DNA from: Candidatus Woesearchaeota archaeon
GTDB lineage: Archaea > Nanobdellota > Nanobdellia > Woesearchaeales > JAGVYF01
Length of the DNA: 58,200 nucleotides
Direction of reading: 5' to 3'
Assembly (NCBI GenBank): GCA_018303425.1
Contig: JAGVYF010000033.1
Span: forward strand, 1-58,200
Shown: piece after piece, positions 26,300-35,321 of the stretch
Numbering within the stretch: position 1 is the stretch's first letter
How the letters are laid out: each line of letters begins with the position of its first letter
Notes under the pieces: generated by a model
Told to the model about the DNA's origin: nothing
Databases searched by the model: none
Seen by the model: only the letters and a program-made list of their open reading frames with translations
Position numbers and translations under genes: made by a program

Positions 26300-28096
26300 C
26301 TATAATAAAATGGGTGTACCTGTTTTAAATTTTGGTTTTATGAGATTATAATCAAATTTACCATCATTATATCCCATAAATAAAGTACTTTCAACTGGCG
26401 CGGGTACGCCATTATCCAATTCTTCTATCCATTTTTCAAGATAAAACTCAAGTTTTCTTCTTATTTCCCTTGCTCCATATTCTGGAGTTTGACATTCAAT
26501 TAATATCTCTTTTTTTGCATTGTCGCTTATTTCAAGAATATAGTTTTTTTGGTTGTAAACCCTTGCGCTTATTAAACCAAATTCTCTTTCAAGAATCTTT
26601 TCGATTGCTTTATCATTCAAAGTATTATACTCTAAAAACGTTGCTCTCCCTTTAAATGGAGAATCAAACCTTAAATTTTTAGCTTCTTCTTTCAATCTTC
26701 GGGTATTGCTTTTTTGATCTGCACTATAACCAATGGCTCTTTTACCCAAAGTTAATGAATCATTCCCAATATTGCTTGTTAATAAAATAAGCAAATGTGA
26801 AATATCATAACTTTGCTGTTTATTGTCAACCATACTTCCAGTATCAAGTAATGTTAATAAAAATTTGATAATACCATCGTTAGCTTTTTCAATTTCATCG
26901 AATAAAACAACACCCATCCCATATTCTCTAACATAGTTAGCTAATCTTCCTCCTTCATCATGCCCAACATAACCTGGAGGTGACCCAATTAATTTAGATA
27001 AACTATGTTGTTCATTCAATTCAGTGCAATCAATTCTTAATAATGGCTGATCTCCGAACAATATTTCTTGCAATGCCAGGGCAGTTTCAGTTTTCCCAAC
27101 ACCGGTAGGTCCATGCATAACAAAGCCCTGGGCTCTTTCAGAGTTTTTAATCCCGAAATCTTTACTTCTTAAAGAATTAATAATTCGTTCTAAACTTTCA
27201 TCTTGCCCAAATATTCTTTTAAAGAGTTCTCTTTTTAATAAAGGTAATTTGCTCTTATATTCGGATTTAGCTTTTTCAAGATCAAATTTAGATTTCTCTT
27301 CATCATCATCTTCTTCTTTTCCGCATAAAATGCGAGGTTTAGGAACCTTAGCAGGCAAATTTTCTTCACTATCTTCACTATCATCAAATAATACATATGT
27401 CTCATTAGATAAATACATGCCTTCAGGATCAATGGCCGGAACACTATTTTTTGCAAGATTTAATATTTTTTTTCTTAATTTCGTATTCTTTTTTTCAAGC
27501 TTACTTCCAGTTATATAATTAATATCACAGTTTAAACTATACAGCCTTATTAAAGCATAATCTAAAAATAATGCGGATATTCCGCTATTTTTACTTAGCC
27601 ATATTTCAGCAGCATTTAAAGCTCTTTTATACTCTTTTTTATTTTCATCTTGCCCAAAATTATCCAACTGTATTAATTTAGTGATATAAGAACCCAAAGA
27701 TAAATTCCCTTTTTCAAAGTCTGAACCTAAATTATTAATTTTTGTTAATTCATTAACGGTCAGTTTTGGCGCAAAATGGTGTATATAATTAATTTTAAGT
27801 TTATCTTCACTCCCCAAAAATTCTGCAACTGATTTATAAAATTCTCCCGAAGATAAATGTAATAACTTTTTAAATGAAGGACTAGGTTCATCTCTTAACT
27901 CATTAAAATACTGTTCATTAAATTCTCCCAAATATGCCCATTCAGATAAAATTGAAAGCAATAAAAACGTTGTATATTTATCAGGGTAGCCTATCTGGTG
28001 TATGGAATCTTGTAAGCTAATTAAAGGGTTATCTTTATCATAACTTTTAAGAATCAGATCAAAATGCGCTTTATTGATATTATTTTCCAAGGTCAT
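26300..28096 (-). CDS. AAA+ ATPase with a ClpA/ClpB D2-type module and an uncharacterised 300-aa N-terminal region
   Basis: It contains GFVMHGPTGVGKTETALALQEILFG..LIGSPPGYVGHDEGGRL..VVLFDEIEKAN..LLDTG..ILLTSNIG. I recognise no motif in residues 1-300. Confidence 0.75.
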   Translation of the reverse strand: MTLENNINKAHFDLILKSYDKDNPLISLQDSIHQIGYPDKYTTFLLLSILSEWAYLGEFNEQYFNELRDEPSPSFKKLLHLSSGEFYKSVAEFLGSEDKLKINYIHHFAPKLTVNELTKINNLGSDFEKGNLSLGSYITKLIQLDNFGQDENKKEYKRALNAAEIWLSKNSGISALFLDYALIRLYSLNCDINYITGSKLEKKNTKLRKKILNLAKNSVPAIDPEGMYLSNETYVLFDDSEDSEENLPAKVPKPRILCGKEEDDDEEKSKFDLEKAKSEYKSKLPLLKRELFKRIFGQDESLERIINSLRSKDFGIKNSERAQGFVMHGPTGVGKTETALALQEILFGDQPLLRIDCTELNEQHSLSKLIGSPPGYVGHDEGGRLANYVREYGMGVVLFDEIEKANDGIIKFLLTLLDTGSMVDNKQQSYDISHLLILLTSNIGNDSLTLGKRAIGYSADQKSNTRRLKEEAKNLRFDSPFKGRATFLEYNTLNDKAIEKILEREFGLISARVYNQKNYILEISDNAKKEILIECQTPEYGAREIRRKLEFYLEKWIEELDNGVPAPVESTLFMGYNDGKFDYNLIKPKFKTGTPILL

Positions 28097-28127
28097 AATA
28101 ATATTATGGCGTATGATATTTATATAT

Positions 28128-28730
28128 TTAAAGCTCGATAATTCTGCCTTCTTTGCTCACATTAATAACTTTGGTATTACCAATTTGTTCTTCAAGGCCT
28201 GATGCTTCATGTATGTGTCCGCAAAGTAATAAGTCCGGTTTAAGCTCATTTATTGCTTTTTTAATTCCTTTGCTGCCTTTAAACCCCGAAAATTCAGCTT
28301 TAGAATCTGCCGCGTGCATGTGCGTTATCATGATTCTCTTTTTCATATCTTTAATCCGTTCATGTCCTGCTTTTAATAAATAAAACATTTCATTTTCAGT
28401 TAATATTGGCGCAGGCCCAACATTTGTCGCTCCACCGCAACCAAATAATCCTACATTTTCATGCTTGATTGAATAACCATGCAGATTAGTTGCGCCATAC
28501 TGTCTTGCAAGAAATTCGGCGGTTGCTAAAGTTTCATGATTTCCCGGAATAAGTATAACTTTTTTATTTTTTTTAATAAATGGACCTATTAAATTCTCGA
28601 TAGAAGTTTCGGCATATGTAATATCCCCGCACATTACAACTAAGTCAACGTTTTCTTGTTCAGCTCTATCCGCTAATTTCTCTGCTAGTTTACTGTCTCC
28701 GTGTAAATCTCCAAATGCTAATATTTTCAT
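28128..28730 (-). CDS. Metallophosphoesterase (YfcE/MJ0936-like)
   Basis: It contains FGDLHGD, CGDITY, GNHE, THMH and CGHIH. Confidence 0.85.
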   Translation of the reverse strand: MKILAFGDLHGDSKLAEKLADRAEQENVDLVVMCGDITYAETSIENLIGPFIKKNKKVILIPGNHETLATAEFLARQYGATNLHGYSIKHENVGLFGCGGATNVGPAPILTENEMFYLLKAGHERIKDMKKRIMITHMHAADSKAEFSGFKGSKGIKKAINELKPDLLLCGHIHEASGLEEQIGNTKVINVSKEGRIIEL

Positions 28731-28826
28731 TATAATTATTCTAGATTTTGGAAAATTAGATAATATTTATTTCCAAAGCTAAAATCCCCCTAATATTAAG
28801 GCAAAATCATTGCTTTATATAAGTTG

Positions 28827-29348
28827 CTATCTTTTAAGAATTTCATGATTGATTAAATTAATAATTGTGGAAGGATGACCCTCTTTTTTCCCGTCATATA
28901 CTATAAAATCCACTTTCTTAGCAATCTCTGCATCCAAGTTATCAAAGGATGTCATAAACTGGTTACCTGTTTTATTAACTGAGGTTGTCACTATCGGAAA
29001 ACCAAATTTAGCAACTTGTCTAGTTATCCAATGGTTAGGCATTCTTACTCCGACTGTTCCAGAACCAAGATTAACTTCTTTGGCAATCACTTTTGTTTTA
29101 AGTTTCACAATTAAAGTGTAAGGTCCGGGCAGTTTAGATAAAGCACCTTCATTAACCTCGCAATTTTCCATTATCCATTTTTTAGAAGGGGCAATTATTG
29201 AAACCGGTCTATCGTATTGCTCTTTGATTTTTCTTAATCGAATTACTGCTTTAGAATTAAGAGCATTGCATCCTATCCCGTAAATAGTATCCGTGGGATA
29301 AATAAATATTGCTCCCCGTTCAATTGTTTCTAATGTTATTATTTTCAT
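28827..29348 (-). CDS. L-threonylcarbamoyladenylate synthase (YrdC/Sua5/TsaC domain)
   Basis: It contains IYPTDTIYGIGCNALNSKAVIRLRKIKEQYDRPVSII. Confidence 0.85.
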   Translation of the reverse strand: MKIITLETIERGAIFIYPTDTIYGIGCNALNSKAVIRLRKIKEQYDRPVSIIAPSKKWIMENCEVNEGALSKLPGPYTLIVKLKTKVIAKEVNLGSGTVGVRMPNHWITRQVAKFGFPIVTTSVNKTGNQFMTSFDNLDAEIAKKVDFIVYDGKKEGHPSTIINLINHEILKR

Positions 29349-29402
29349 AATACTTAAGAATTATAACTTGTTTAATAAACATTGCTCTTTAACTAACGGC
29401 TA

Positions 29403-31052
29403 TTACAAAAATAGTAAGAAACCAAATGCTCCTGTTAAGAATAATGCACTAAATCCATAGCCAATCATAGTCCACATTCTATTATAACTCTGAATTTCTT
29501 GTCCATCTACACTGAAATTATAAAGTTCTAAATGATGCGTATTACTTCTTAAAAACCATCCATTTACATCGGCATGCAAACCAAGTAATTTTTCAACCTT
29601 TTTCCACGCAAAAAATAAATTTCCTAATAGCGGTATCCCACTTTCATAGTTCAGATAAATAAATCCAGTCTTATCTTGAAACATCATATCTTCGCTGAAC
29701 ATGTACCCTGCCTGGGCCCTACCAATTGCTTCGCCTTCTAATGCAATGGGTGTACCGCGAACAGGTGACGCATAAATGTCAGACATACAATCAATGATAT
29801 GTTTTTTTTCAAAACCCCCATGCAGTGGATATTTATAAAATAATTTTGTCCTATATTCAAAGATGAGCACTACAAACAATATGAAAATGTTTACAAATAA
29901 ATAAGTTCTATTTACAAAACCAATCGGTATCAATAATAAGAAAATTAAAAATGTTAATGATGGCAGATACGTAATTAAAATGTCTTTACCAAACCCTCCC
30001 CACATTCTTTTTTTACTATATGAAATGTTTTTAATATTATCAAAATCATATGCAGGGTTGTTTGTTAATTTACATAATGCATCAATCCTTTTTCCTACCA
30101 ATGGATGCGTAGATTTTAATTCTCTTAACCACGCCCATGGGTTAACTAAATCAAACAATAGTGACTTTTCAAGTTTACTTTTGTCATCTTTAACATTTGA
30201 ATGTATTAAACCAATCTCTTTGGAAGTTTTAACATCAAAAATTCCTTGCGCTCTTGTGCTTTCAAGTAATCCGCTCATTGATGCGGTGTCTGGCACAGTT
30301 GCAATACCATATGCAATTTTGATAAGCGCTGATGATAACGAATTAGGGTCACGTGTTTCTTTTGCAGAGAACTCGTCTGCATAATATTCTCTCGTTCTAC
30401 TTAAAAACATTAACAAATAAGTTCCAACAAAATAAAATACAAATGAAACTAATCCTAAAAATATGAATGGATCGCCTTTTTTTTCTTCACCCTTTTTACC
30501 AACATAGTTTGAAGTCATCATTCTTGATCTTGCAAAGATTACATAAAATTGATAAAGTAATTGTAATAAGGTAGAAGCAATTGTCATTATAATAAAATCT
30601 CTATTGATAATATGTCCAAGTTCATGGGCAATTACAGCTTCAACTTCTTTCTCGTTCAGAAATTTAAATATACCTTTAGTAAGAACAATTCTAGCATTAT
30701 AAGCTGCAGAGCCATAAGTAAAAGCAGTCGGATTTAAATCATCAATAATACCAATCTTTGGAACCTTTATATCATATTTATCACAAATCTTTTCAACAAT
30801 TTTCATCCATGATTCTGATTTTAATTCTTCATGAGTATAAAATTTAGTCTTGTAGAACCATTTATTTATTAAATCACTAAACCATGGACTAACTAACCAA
30901 ATAATAAAGTTAATCAAAACCGTAAAAATAATAAGCGCAGGAGCAGAAATAAAGCTACCATAATACGCAACAGCAAGAACTATTGAAAATACAAACCCTG
31001 ATAAAATTCCGAGGGTTAATAACGATGCAAATTGTAACTTTAATTTTGCCAT
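29403..31052 (-). CDS. M48-family (HtpX/Ste24-like) membrane zinc metallopeptidase with a C-terminal extension
   Basis: It has HELGHIINRD, a downstream EYYADEF and several TM helices. About 200 extra C-terminal residues follow. Confidence 0.8.
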   Translation of the reverse strand: MAKLKLQFASLLTLGILSGFVFSIVLAVAYYGSFISAPALIIFTVLINFIIWLVSPWFSDLINKWFYKTKFYTHEELKSESWMKIVEKICDKYDIKVPKIGIIDDLNPTAFTYGSAAYNARIVLTKGIFKFLNEKEVEAVIAHELGHIINRDFIIMTIASTLLQLLYQFYVIFARSRMMTSNYVGKKGEEKKGDPFIFLGLVSFVFYFVGTYLLMFLSRTREYYADEFSAKETRDPNSLSSALIKIAYGIATVPDTASMSGLLESTRAQGIFDVKTSKEIGLIHSNVKDDKSKLEKSLLFDLVNPWAWLRELKSTHPLVGKRIDALCKLTNNPAYDFDNIKNISYSKKRMWGGFGKDILITYLPSLTFLIFLLLIPIGFVNRTYLFVNIFILFVVLIFEYRTKLFYKYPLHGGFEKKHIIDCMSDIYASPVRGTPIALEGEAIGRAQAGYMFSEDMMFQDKTGFIYLNYESGIPLLGNLFFAWKKVEKLLGLHADVNGWFLRSNTHHLELYNFSVDGQEIQSYNRMWTMIGYGFSALFLTGAFGFLLFL

Positions 31053-31340
31053 TGTTCAATCTTAATCAGGGGTTTATTTAAAGTTATCGAAGAATTGTTA
31101 ATAAAACGTAATACTTTAGCTTTGTGAAGCGACAAACCAAAGTTAACGTCGGTTTGTGTGCTCATGTTTAGTTTAATGCAACCAGAGGTTGCTGTGCTGA
31201 CAAATGCACTATACTCAAAGCATTAAATTATTGTACATTTGAATGCTTTTCGTAATAAGCAAGTGTGCTTGATATTTTGCATTTTGATAACTTTAATTGT
31301 TTGAATATTTAGCACACTCGCTATAACAGATTTAGAAGAA

Positions 31341-31550
31341 TTGGAAAGTATAAAGCAAGTTGCAGGAAAAGATTTATCAGAAAAACTGCTATGTTTAGCA
31401 AGTGAAAAAACACTGATTACTTGGTTCCAGACCCCTTTGCCACAATACTTAAATAAATGTCCTTATGACATTTGTAGAGAGGGCGGTAAGCTTAGAGAAA
31501 AATTTGAAAAAGATATCACTGGCCTTTATCAAGGCGATTTTCCCAGATGA
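31341..31550 (+). CDS. Small protein resembling the Xre/MbcA/ParS antitoxin C-terminal (DUF2384-like) domain, orphan
   Basis: ..LITWFQTPLPQYLNKCPYDICREGGKLREKFEKDITGLYQGDF fits the W..P.p.L....P.......G......l..i..G pattern as I recall it. It has a TTG start and no RES-type toxin partner nearby. Confidence 0.35.
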   Translation: MESIKQVAGKDLSEKLLCLASEKTLITWFQTPLPQYLNKCPYDICREGGKLREKFEKDITGLYQGDFPR

Positions 31551-31552
31551 AT

Positions 31553-32344
31553 CTAAACCATAATTCCATACCAGAAAAACAGTAGCCTGTCAACAGCTTT
31601 AACCAAATTTTCATCTTTGCCAGTTATAGTTACACAATTATCATCAAATATAACTTGAGGTTCTTCACCTGCTTCATCTATGAAAAATACTGGTTTATCA
31701 GTATTATTACAAGTAATAAGCGGAACATTTACGCATGCAATGTGATTTTCAGTGCACGCTGCTTTTAAAGGCAGACGCATTGCTCTGGCCATTGACAATT
31801 GCAACTCCCCGCTTGCCAAAGCAGTATATTTTAAATTTTCATTATTTGGATTAAATGTTACATAATAAACATCTGAGCTTAAAAACTTTTTAGATAACCT
31901 GCCTTGAATTTTAACATCTCTTACAGAATCTGGATCATATTGAAACCCTACATTAAATAGAGTATTCATTTGTTTATTAAATACATCTGTGTACCAATTA
32001 CCATCAATAGAAGTAAACTCGTAACCATTAAAAATGTAACTTTCATCACTAGCCCTTACTACGTTGCCGGACGGGGTGAATATTTCAATAAATTTTGTAT
32101 CTCTAAAGTAATTGATGCTAAATATAAGTCCTAAAATAAAAAATAGTGACAATATTGTGTATAATGCAAATCTAGAACTTTTTTGATCAATTTCAGGATC
32201 TTCAATAATCTCCTTTTCTTTTGTTTCAACCGGTTCATCAAATCCAGATTCACCAAATCCCGGTTCACCAAATTCATCTTCTCTTTCTTCAAAACTTTCT
32301 TCTGCTTCATCAGAATCATAATTTTGACTATCAAAATCTTTCAT
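31553..32344 (-). CDS. Membrane-anchored hypothetical protein (acidic cytoplasmic N-terminus, one TM, extracellular domain)
   Basis: It has an acidic N-terminal 55 aa, a TM helix (FALYTILSLFFILGLIFSINYF) and a C-terminal domain containing Cys residues. Confidence 0.6.
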   Translation of the reverse strand: MKDFDSQNYDSDEAEESFEEREDEFGEPGFGESGFDEPVETKEKEIIEDPEIDQKSSRFALYTILSLFFILGLIFSINYFRDTKFIEIFTPSGNVVRASDESYIFNGYEFTSIDGNWYTDVFNKQMNTLFNVGFQYDPDSVRDVKIQGRLSKKFLSSDVYYVTFNPNNENLKYTALASGELQLSMARAMRLPLKAACTENHIACVNVPLITCNNTDKPVFFIDEAGEEPQVIFDDNCVTITGKDENLVKAVDRLLFFWYGIMV

Positions 32345-32414
32345 TTTGATTTAATTGCGAGCTAAACCTTTATAACAATTTCTCTAATTCAGAATAGATA
32401 ATGGTATTAGTGAT

Positions 32415-32818
32415 GCTGTCCAGAAATTTTATTGTCTGTATATTAGTGTATAATGTCAAATAGAAATCGACCACTGTTGGTCAATACACGAGAAATAGCA
32501 AAGCTATTTCTGTGCCAAGAATCGAAGATTCTTTGGACCAACAGCATGCTCGCTTCACCCGGGTCGATTTATTTTGAGCACAGTCGAAATTCCAAGATAA
32601 TAATCGGTGGTGAAACCACTTGTCAATACTTATAACTTTGTTGTAAGTTAGAAACGAAGTGAGTTAATACGAGTGGAATTTCGATGTTTGAAACATAAAG
32701 CAGCCAAGAACGGTCGTTAAAAGTTTAACTTTTAACTGCGGAATAAAGCGAAATGACAGCATTGCAGTTATAGTTAAATCCGAAGATACTAATTGACAAT
32801 GAAACGACTCTGGACAGC
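32415..32818. mobile_element. MITE-like element, copy B (long form, 404 bp)
   Basis: Its ends are GCTGTCCAGAAATTTTATTGTC.. and ..GACAATGAAACGACTCTGGACAGC. These are inverted, matching over 10 nt plus ATTGTC. It shares both end modules with copy C but has about 300 extra internal nt. Confidence 0.6.
32461..32760. ncRNA. Candidate structured RNA of unknown class inside MITE copy B
   Basis: At least seven perfect 5-10 bp helices are arranged in a nested, non-conflicting way (listed in the findings). By eye it is less AT-rich than its flanks. The strand is undetermined. Confidence 0.3.
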
Positions 32819-32905
32819 GCCATGCCATAGAAAACTATTTAAAGATAATCTTCAAATTATTTAATATAAATTTTAATAAATATAAAAAAAGAAGATTTGA
32901 TAAAT

Positions 32906-34264
32906 ATGAAAAAGACAAATATAACAAAAATAATTTTATATTTAATGTTATTAATTATATCTGTAAACCTTGTTTCAGGAGCAATCGGCAGCCTAATAGG
33001 TTCAACTGGTGATTTAGCTGCAACATTATCTAGTCAGCTTCCTGACCCTGTAGAACCGGGAAATTTTGTAGAAGTCCGTTTCAATATCCAAAACGAAGGC
33101 GCAACTGAAAACGACGTTACTTTTGAATTACTTCCTTCTTATCCTTTATCATTATTGCCGGGGGACAATGGCGTTAGAAAAATTGGCACTATGTTAGGTA
33201 GACAAATGGGGGAAGATGCAGTTCTGTTATATTATAAACTAAAAGTTAATCCTGAAGCAACAGCTGGCAATTCAACATTAAAATTACGATATATGACAAA
33301 GCCAAGAGTCTATAAACAATTTAAAGATTTTATTGTCAGAATTAGAGAACCCCAGGCATTTTTAACGATTGATGCAGTCAAAACTGAGCCAGAAGAATTA
33401 TTACCAGGCAGGATAGGTTATGTGAAAATTGGTTTAACAAACTATGCGAAATTTGGAATGCGCAACATTTGGCTTACTCTAGATACAATAAATATGCCAT
33501 TCTCCGGTTTTGAAAGTTCAAATGAAAAATTTATTTCAAGAGTTGAACCGGGTGAAACAATATATGAAACTTTTAAAATCATTGTTGATGGCGATGCAAC
33601 TTCTAAAGTTTATAACGTCCCTATCGCCTTATCATATGAAGATGATATTGGAACTGAATATAGCCGAGATGTAGAAATAGGCCTAATTGTAAATGAACGC
33701 CCTAAATACTTGATAAATATTGAAGAATTAATAGTATTATATGAAGGTCAATCTGGTGAAGTTATATTTAGTATTTCCAATGTTGGCACTGCCGATATTA
33801 AATTTGCTATTCTAGAGTTATTGCCTTCTTCAAATGATGAGTATAATATAATTTCCGCTGAAAAAGTTTATGTTGGAAACCTAGAGAGCGACGATTTTGA
33901 AACAATTAATTACAAAATTCACGTTGATGGCGTTACAAAAAAAGAAGTGCCATTTAATCTGGTATTAAAATATAAAGATAACTTCAATAATCAATATGAA
34001 GATGTGCACCAGTTGCCTTTTAAGATATATTCAAAACGAGAAGCAGGCAAATTAGGGCTTGCAGATGTACCAGGGATAGGCTCATACTTATTTTCATCTA
34101 TGATTGCCATGTTAATTATAGTGTTTACAACTTTCATGATACTTGACTGGATGACTAATAAAATGGCAAGATATAAAAGAATATTATGGTTAATTGTTAT
34201 TCTGACTCCCGGAATAGGCGCGCTTGCATATTACTTTTTTGGGAGAAAAAAATCTGAAATATAA
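32906..34264 (+). CDS. Secreted COG1361/CARDB-like surface protein with a C-terminal TM anchor
   Basis: It has a signal peptide (MKKTNITKIILYLMLLIISVNLVSG) and repeated beta-sandwich modules (LPDPVEPGNFVEVRFNIQNEGA.., ..GEVIFSISNVGTADI). The C-terminus has TM helices ending LWLIVILTPGIGALAYYFFGRKK. The track start at TTG 32897 is an alternative. Confidence 0.7.
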   Translation: MKKTNITKIILYLMLLIISVNLVSGAIGSLIGSTGDLAATLSSQLPDPVEPGNFVEVRFNIQNEGATENDVTFELLPSYPLSLLPGDNGVRKIGTMLGRQMGEDAVLLYYKLKVNPEATAGNSTLKLRYMTKPRVYKQFKDFIVRIREPQAFLTIDAVKTEPEELLPGRIGYVKIGLTNYAKFGMRNIWLTLDTINMPFSGFESSNEKFISRVEPGETIYETFKIIVDGDATSKVYNVPIALSYEDDIGTEYSRDVEIGLIVNERPKYLINIEELIVLYEGQSGEVIFSISNVGTADIKFAILELLPSSNDEYNIISAEKVYVGNLESDDFETINYKIHVDGVTKKEVPFNLVLKYKDNFNNQYEDVHQLPFKIYSKREAGKLGLADVPGIGSYLFSSMIAMLIIVFTTFMILDWMTNKMARYKRILWLIVILTPGIGALAYYFFGRKKSEI

Positions 34265-34292
34265 TTTTATTTAAATTTGTAGGGGAAATATA

Positions 34293-34622
34293 ATGAAAGC
34301 TTTATGTCTTAAAGAGCCATACGCGAGTTTAGTATTACAGGGGAAGAAAATAATAGAAACAAGGATTTGGAAAACAGATTATAGAGGAGATATCTTATTC
34401 TGTTGCAGTCAAAATCCTAAATCTAATATTTCAGGCAAAGCTTTTGCAATTGTTGAGCTTATAGAATGTAGGCCAATGCTTAAAAAAGATGAAAAAGCTG
34501 CATGTTGTAAAATATACCCAAGGGCAAATGCATGGTTATTAAAAAATATTAGGCCAATTAAGCCATTCCCTATAAAAGGTCAATTAAGTTTATTTGAAAT
34601 AAAGTTCAAACCAAAAAAATGA
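34293..34622 (+). CDS. ASCH-domain protein
   Basis: It contains LCLKEPYASLVLQGKKIIETRIWKTDYRGDILFC..AIVELIECRPM. Confidence 0.65.
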   Translation: MKALCLKEPYASLVLQGKKIIETRIWKTDYRGDILFCCSQNPKSNISGKAFAIVELIECRPMLKKDEKAACCKIYPRANAWLLKNIRPIKPFPIKGQLSLFEIKFKPKK

Positions 34623-34628
34623 AATATA

Positions 34629-35321
34629 ATGGCTAAAATCATAATCGAATTGCGTGACGTCTGGAAAATTTATACGATGGGTAAAGTTGAAGTTAAAGCG
34701 CTTAGAGGTATTAATTTAAAAGTAAGACAGGGAGAATTTGTCGCTATTATGGGCCCTTCAGGTTCAGGCAAATCAACTTCTATGAACATGGTGGGTTCTT
34801 TAGATGTACCAACAACAGGCACCGTATTTTTAGACGGGCAAGATATTTCAAAATTATCTGAATCAGATCTGGCCCAGCTGAGGGGCAGAAAAATTGGCTT
34901 CATTTTTCAACAATTCAATCTTCTCAATACGTTATCGGCAATAGAGAATGTTATGCTCCCTATGATTTTTCAGAACATTAATAAACATAATCGTGAAATG
35001 CGGGCAAAGAAATTGCTTGAGCTAGTACAGTTAGGCCACAGATTACACCACAAACCTGCAGAAATGTCTGGCGGAGAACAACAAAGGGTCGCAATTGCAA
35101 GATCATTGGCAAATAATCCTGAAGTTATACTTGCCGATGAACCCACTGGAAATTTAGATACAAAAACAGGCAGGATAGTTATGGATTTTTTAAAATATTT
35201 AAACAAAAAGGAAAATCGAACAATCGTCATGGTTACTCACGATGAACATGTTGCAAAGGAAGCAAAAAGAATTACATTTTTGCGAGACGGAGAAATAATA
35301 AGTGATAGGACGGTAAGTTAA
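34629..35321 (+). CDS. ABC transporter ATP-binding protein (MacB/LolD-type)
   Basis: It has Walker A (GPSGSGKST), the signature motif (MSGGEQQRVAIARSL) and Walker B (ILADEPTGNLD). Confidence 0.9.
   Translation: MAKIIIELRDVWKIYTMGKVEVKALRGINLKVRQGEFVAIMGPSGSGKSTSMNMVGSLDVPTTGTVFLDGQDISKLSESDLAQLRGRKIGFIFQQFNLLNTLSAIENVMLPMIFQNINKHNREMRAKKLLELVQLGHRLHHKPAEMSGGEQQRVAIARSLANNPEVILADEPTGNLDTKTGRIVMDFLKYLNKKENRTIVMVTHDEHVAKEAKRITFLRDGEIISDRTVS

Noticed and set aside
32453-32635. A 60-aa ORF lies inside MITE copy B.
   Set aside because: It lies entirely within the helix-rich insert, has no motif, and has no start context. A structured-RNA or repeat explanation fits better.
32461-32760. The structured insert might be RNase P RNA or SRP RNA.
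   Set aside because: I could not find GGAAAGUCC/ACAGAA-type RNase P conserved regions or the SRP helix-8 GGAA/AGCA motifs on either strand. The segment is embedded between transposon-like ends. Class left unknown.
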